Source: Vicugna vicugna
Lineage: Eukaryota
DNA length: 64,000 nucleotides
Direction: 5' to 3'
Assembly: GCA_013265495.1 (NCBI GenBank)
Contig: MU058636.1
Span: forward strand, 1,302,001-1,366,000
Under the pieces are notes generated by a model that worked only from the letters and a program-made list of their open reading frames with translations, was not told the origin of the DNA and searched no databases. Position 1 is the stretch's first letter. Every line of letters begins with the position of its first letter. Of the stretch, positions 60,761 through 64,000 are shown piece by piece. A program made the translations under genes and the position numbers.

Positions 60761-62739
60761 AAGAAGAGGAGAATTGATGAGATTAAAAAAGGTGAAGAGA
60801 AGGGATAGTAGATTTGAGAACCTAAGACAAAATATAAAATAGTCTTCACAGAGCAGGTAAGCAACTACCTCTGGAAATGCCGAGGCAATGCTAAGTACTG
60901 CTAAGTACCCACTTGAGAACGGTTGATCGTGAATTGACCATGGGGGCCGCAAACTCAGTTGCCTTTAGGGGCAGGGCAGGTCCACATCTGAGGCAGGCTG
61001 AGTGGACACAAAACTCAAGCACACACGCCCCATTTAAAGCAGGTAACTACTGGATTCTGCCACCAAGATTGTCAGCTTTACGTTGACAAATCTCCTGATT
61101 TTTCAAGAGAAGCCAGAAATCTTGAATTTATGTAACATATTTTAAATTTAAAAACACTCTGTGTTAAAAAAAAAACACTGTGTTGAAGAAAACAGGTTTG
61201 TGTGTGAAAAATATAGCCCAGGAATAACTACAATGACACGAGTTGGCCTGTTGGCAGGATTTTCTTCCATGATGCTCAGCTGTGGAAATGCTGTCAGGGC
61301 TGCATTTATCCAAGGTTGGACATTAGCAAGGAGAACAATATGAAAGACAGAATGACTTGAGGGAGTTGAAAGGGAGCAGTCATAATGGTGAACTACTAAA
61401 AATTAAGCTGGATAAACAATGTAGTTGCCAAAAGGAGGCATTAAAAGAATTGATGAAGGCAATCCTTATTCCTTCTCAAGTTCTTGAGCAAGTGAGTTTA
61501 AGGGCTAGAGACTATAGTCACCAAATATATAAATTCAAAATTTTTGAACCTATGCAAGTTTTAGAAATTACAAGTCCCAGGTGCAACAGGGGAGTGAGTC
61601 AAAAAAAAAAAAACAACACAATTTTTGAAATCACTGGGATAACATTCCTTAAATTCAAATAGGTTAAGATTTTTGTTGCTTAGTTAATTGTTAGAAAACA
61701 CACTATAAAAATAATCCATACAATCATGAGAAAGATATCAGACAAATTCCAATATTGGCGCAACCTACAAAATACCTGACCAGGACTCCTCAAAACTGTC
61801 AAGGTCACTAAAAATAAGGAAAGCCTGAGAAACCACCACAGCATAAGGAGACATGATAACTACCTGAATTGTGGCATCCTGGATGGGATCCTGGAACAGA
61901 AAAAGGATTCTAGATAAAATACAAGGAAATCTGAATAACTATGGACTTTCATTAACAATAATGTACGACATTGGTTCACTAATTGTAACAAGTGTACCAC
62001 ACTAACAAGAGAAACTGTGTGTCAAGCATATAGGAATTCTCTGTACCATTAAAAAACTTTTTTTAAGTAAATTTAAAACTACCTTAAAAATCTCCATTAA
62101 CAAAATACTAAAAAGTACAGTAACAAACAACAGCCTCCCATGTATTCAATACCCAGTTTAAAAATAGCCAAGACATTTAAAATCTCCTTTATATCCCTTT
62201 CTTTATAGTCCCCTCCCTACCAGATAGGACTATTGTTTGATTTTCATTCTCTTGCTAATTCTTGACTACTTCACTACGTATGCATATATTCCTAAGCAAT
62301 ATATAGTATTGTTTTGAATGTTTAAACTTCTATGTATATAAATTGTCCAACTGTGTGTATTATACATCTCCCTCTTTTTGCTTCATCACATTTCTGGGCT
62401 GTCTTGACTTCCTGGCATATATTCCATCCTTTCATGTGTTCATGCTTTTATTGTAAGACACTTACAATTTTTTATTTCTACGCATCTGCTGTTGTACAGA
62501 CCTTTGCCTACATATCAGAGTTCCTGTAAGACACAAAGAGGGAACGCTGGAATTTGGTATTTCGATATTTTCGGTTTCACTCGGTTTCTCCAAATTGCTT
62601 TCCAAAGCAGCTGTAACGCGCACCTACCAGCAGCTGCGTAGTATGTCTTGACGCACTGGGGGAAAAAAAAACTTTTGAAAGACATACAAGCTGGATAACA
62701 CGCTTTCTTCACCACAGTTTTACTTTTGTCCCCACGTAA

Positions 62740-63720
62740 CCACCTCTACAGACGGCCGTCAGGAGCCGACGAAAAGCTCAGACGGCGGGTGAGACGCCGC
62801 GCCCCGGAGCCCGGGGACGCAGGCACACACCCACTTCCGGCGCGGCGTCTGACGCAGGGCGGACGTCGGCACGCTCGGGACGTCGGTTCCTTGGGTCGCC
62901 CTTGAAGGCCCCTTTCCGGGCTGTCTGGCAAGGTCCAAGTGTCAGCTTGTGTCGGTCTACTGCCTCGTTTTCGCAAGAAAGGAAAATATTCTCACAGGAA
63001 CGAGATCCCCCTCGTTCTCAGGGACGACGCTCTTCCCCAGAAGAGTGGCTGTCGGCCAGAGTTTCTTCAGGCAGTGCCGCGGGCAGCCCTCGGGCCCTTG
63101 TAAGGCGCGCGCCACAGCCCCGCCTCCTTCCTTTCGGCCGGAACCGCCATCTTCCAGGTAGGCCTTTCGCGTGGCTCCCGGCGCCCCTCGTTCCCCACGC
63201 GTGAGTACCAACCCTGTGGCCGCTGAAGTGGGGCATTAGAGCCCTAGGGAGACTGTCTAGCCTGTTGGGGCCCGCTGGCCTGGGTGGTGGAGCTGTGTCC
63301 GTCCAGACCGGGCGCGGCGGACGCGGGGCCAGACCTGGGCCTGCGCCCGGGGGCCGAGGACTCGACTGCGGCCCCACGTGGGGACAGGCTCAGGGAAGAG
63401 GAGGCCGACGCACGGGGCTGAGGCCACTCGGGTCAGTCGGGAGAGGAGTTCTTCCTGTGCGGCCACGGTTTCAGCCCCGTTACCCTAGGCCTTCGCGGAC
63501 AGGCTCTGGGGCCGCGTGGTCTCACGTCTTTCGAACTCCTTCAGTGTGGAGTTTTAACCTGTTTTCTAGAACCAGAACTGTAATGCTTTGGGGTAGGGAC
63601 TTAGGGGTAATAGAAACAGGTTAAAAAACAGGCGCCCGTTTTAATTTCCCGCGAGGTGTGTGCGTGTGAAAGTCTGGGGTCGTGGTCGGAGAATCGCAGT
63701 GGTGCCCAATGAGTCGACCT
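62740..63720. promoter_or_regulatory. RPL21: CpG-island promoter of RPL21
   Basis: CpG-dense. ETS/GABP motif CACTTCCGG at 62832-62840, TGACG half-CRE and GGGCGG box near 62850-62862, GCCCCGCC box near 63117-63124, YY1 motif CCGCCATCTT at 63144-63153. This motif set is typical of ribosomal-protein promoters. Confidence 0.88.
63125..63157 (+). other. RPL21: RPL21 non-coding exon 1 (5'TOP mRNA start); intron 1 runs past the window end
   Basis: TCCTTCCTTTCGGCCGGAACCGCCATCTTCCAG|GTAGGC matches my recollection of the mammalian RPL21 5'UTR (CCTTTCGGCCGGAACCGCCATCTTCCAG spliced to TAATTCGCCAAAATG). It starts in a pyrimidine tract, has a GT donor at 63158-63159 and lies in a CpG island. The exact TSS is uncertain by a few nt. 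Confidence 0.9.
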
Positions 63721-64000
63721 GGATGAGGAACCTCAGACCACTTGTCACTGATGCACGAAAATGAGTTCTGGTGGTTTTAATTTTGGCCCGGGATCGCAGT
63801 TGGGCTAAGGGAAAGAACTTTGTTTGCCACAGGTATTGATTGCTTTGTTAACGCCAGGACACCAAGTGTTGAGCGAAAGGATTCCTGAATATCTGCGTCT
63901 GGTTTAGAAGTTTAAGGGGAAAGCTGTTGAATAACCAATTAGATCTTGGTTTTGTGTCTTTTTGTCTAGTTTGTAGCAGCGAGCTACCAGAATTGAGCAA

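Noticed and set aside
63158..64000. Intronic snoRNAs of RPL21 (SNORD102, SNORA27) and coding exon 2
   Set aside because: Not seen. They are expected further downstream, beyond the window.

Overview
Mammalian genomic DNA, most likely camelid, because several short tRNA-Ala-like SINEs match the vic-1 family. No intact protein-coding exon is visible, and almost all entries in the ORF track are chance frames or repeat-derived. The right end holds the CpG-island promoter and non-coding first exon of RPL21 (+ strand; TOP/TCT start, YY1 site, splice donor at 63158). By conserved synteny, the CpG island at about 21.2-22.3 kb is the USP12 promoter (- strand). Its coding exon 1 probably lies in the 303-nt N gap, which would make 1-21.5 kb USP12 intron 1. 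The rest is repeat-rich: L1, L2, MIR, MLT1, hAT elements and a decayed ERV-L provirus between LTR33-like LTRs. The most interesting signal is a heavily decayed multi-exon TRIM-family gene on the - strand at about 42.1-47.2 kb, with two tandem RING remnants, B-box remnants, a 231-nt coiled-coil exon and a weak PRY/SPRY trace. Other notable items are an orphan CpG island built from a GC-shifted MLT1 LTR, an unidentified retrocopied 3'UTR inside an LTR, and a candidate poison exon in the USP12 intron. Repeat family names come from recalled consensus sequences, not from a database search.
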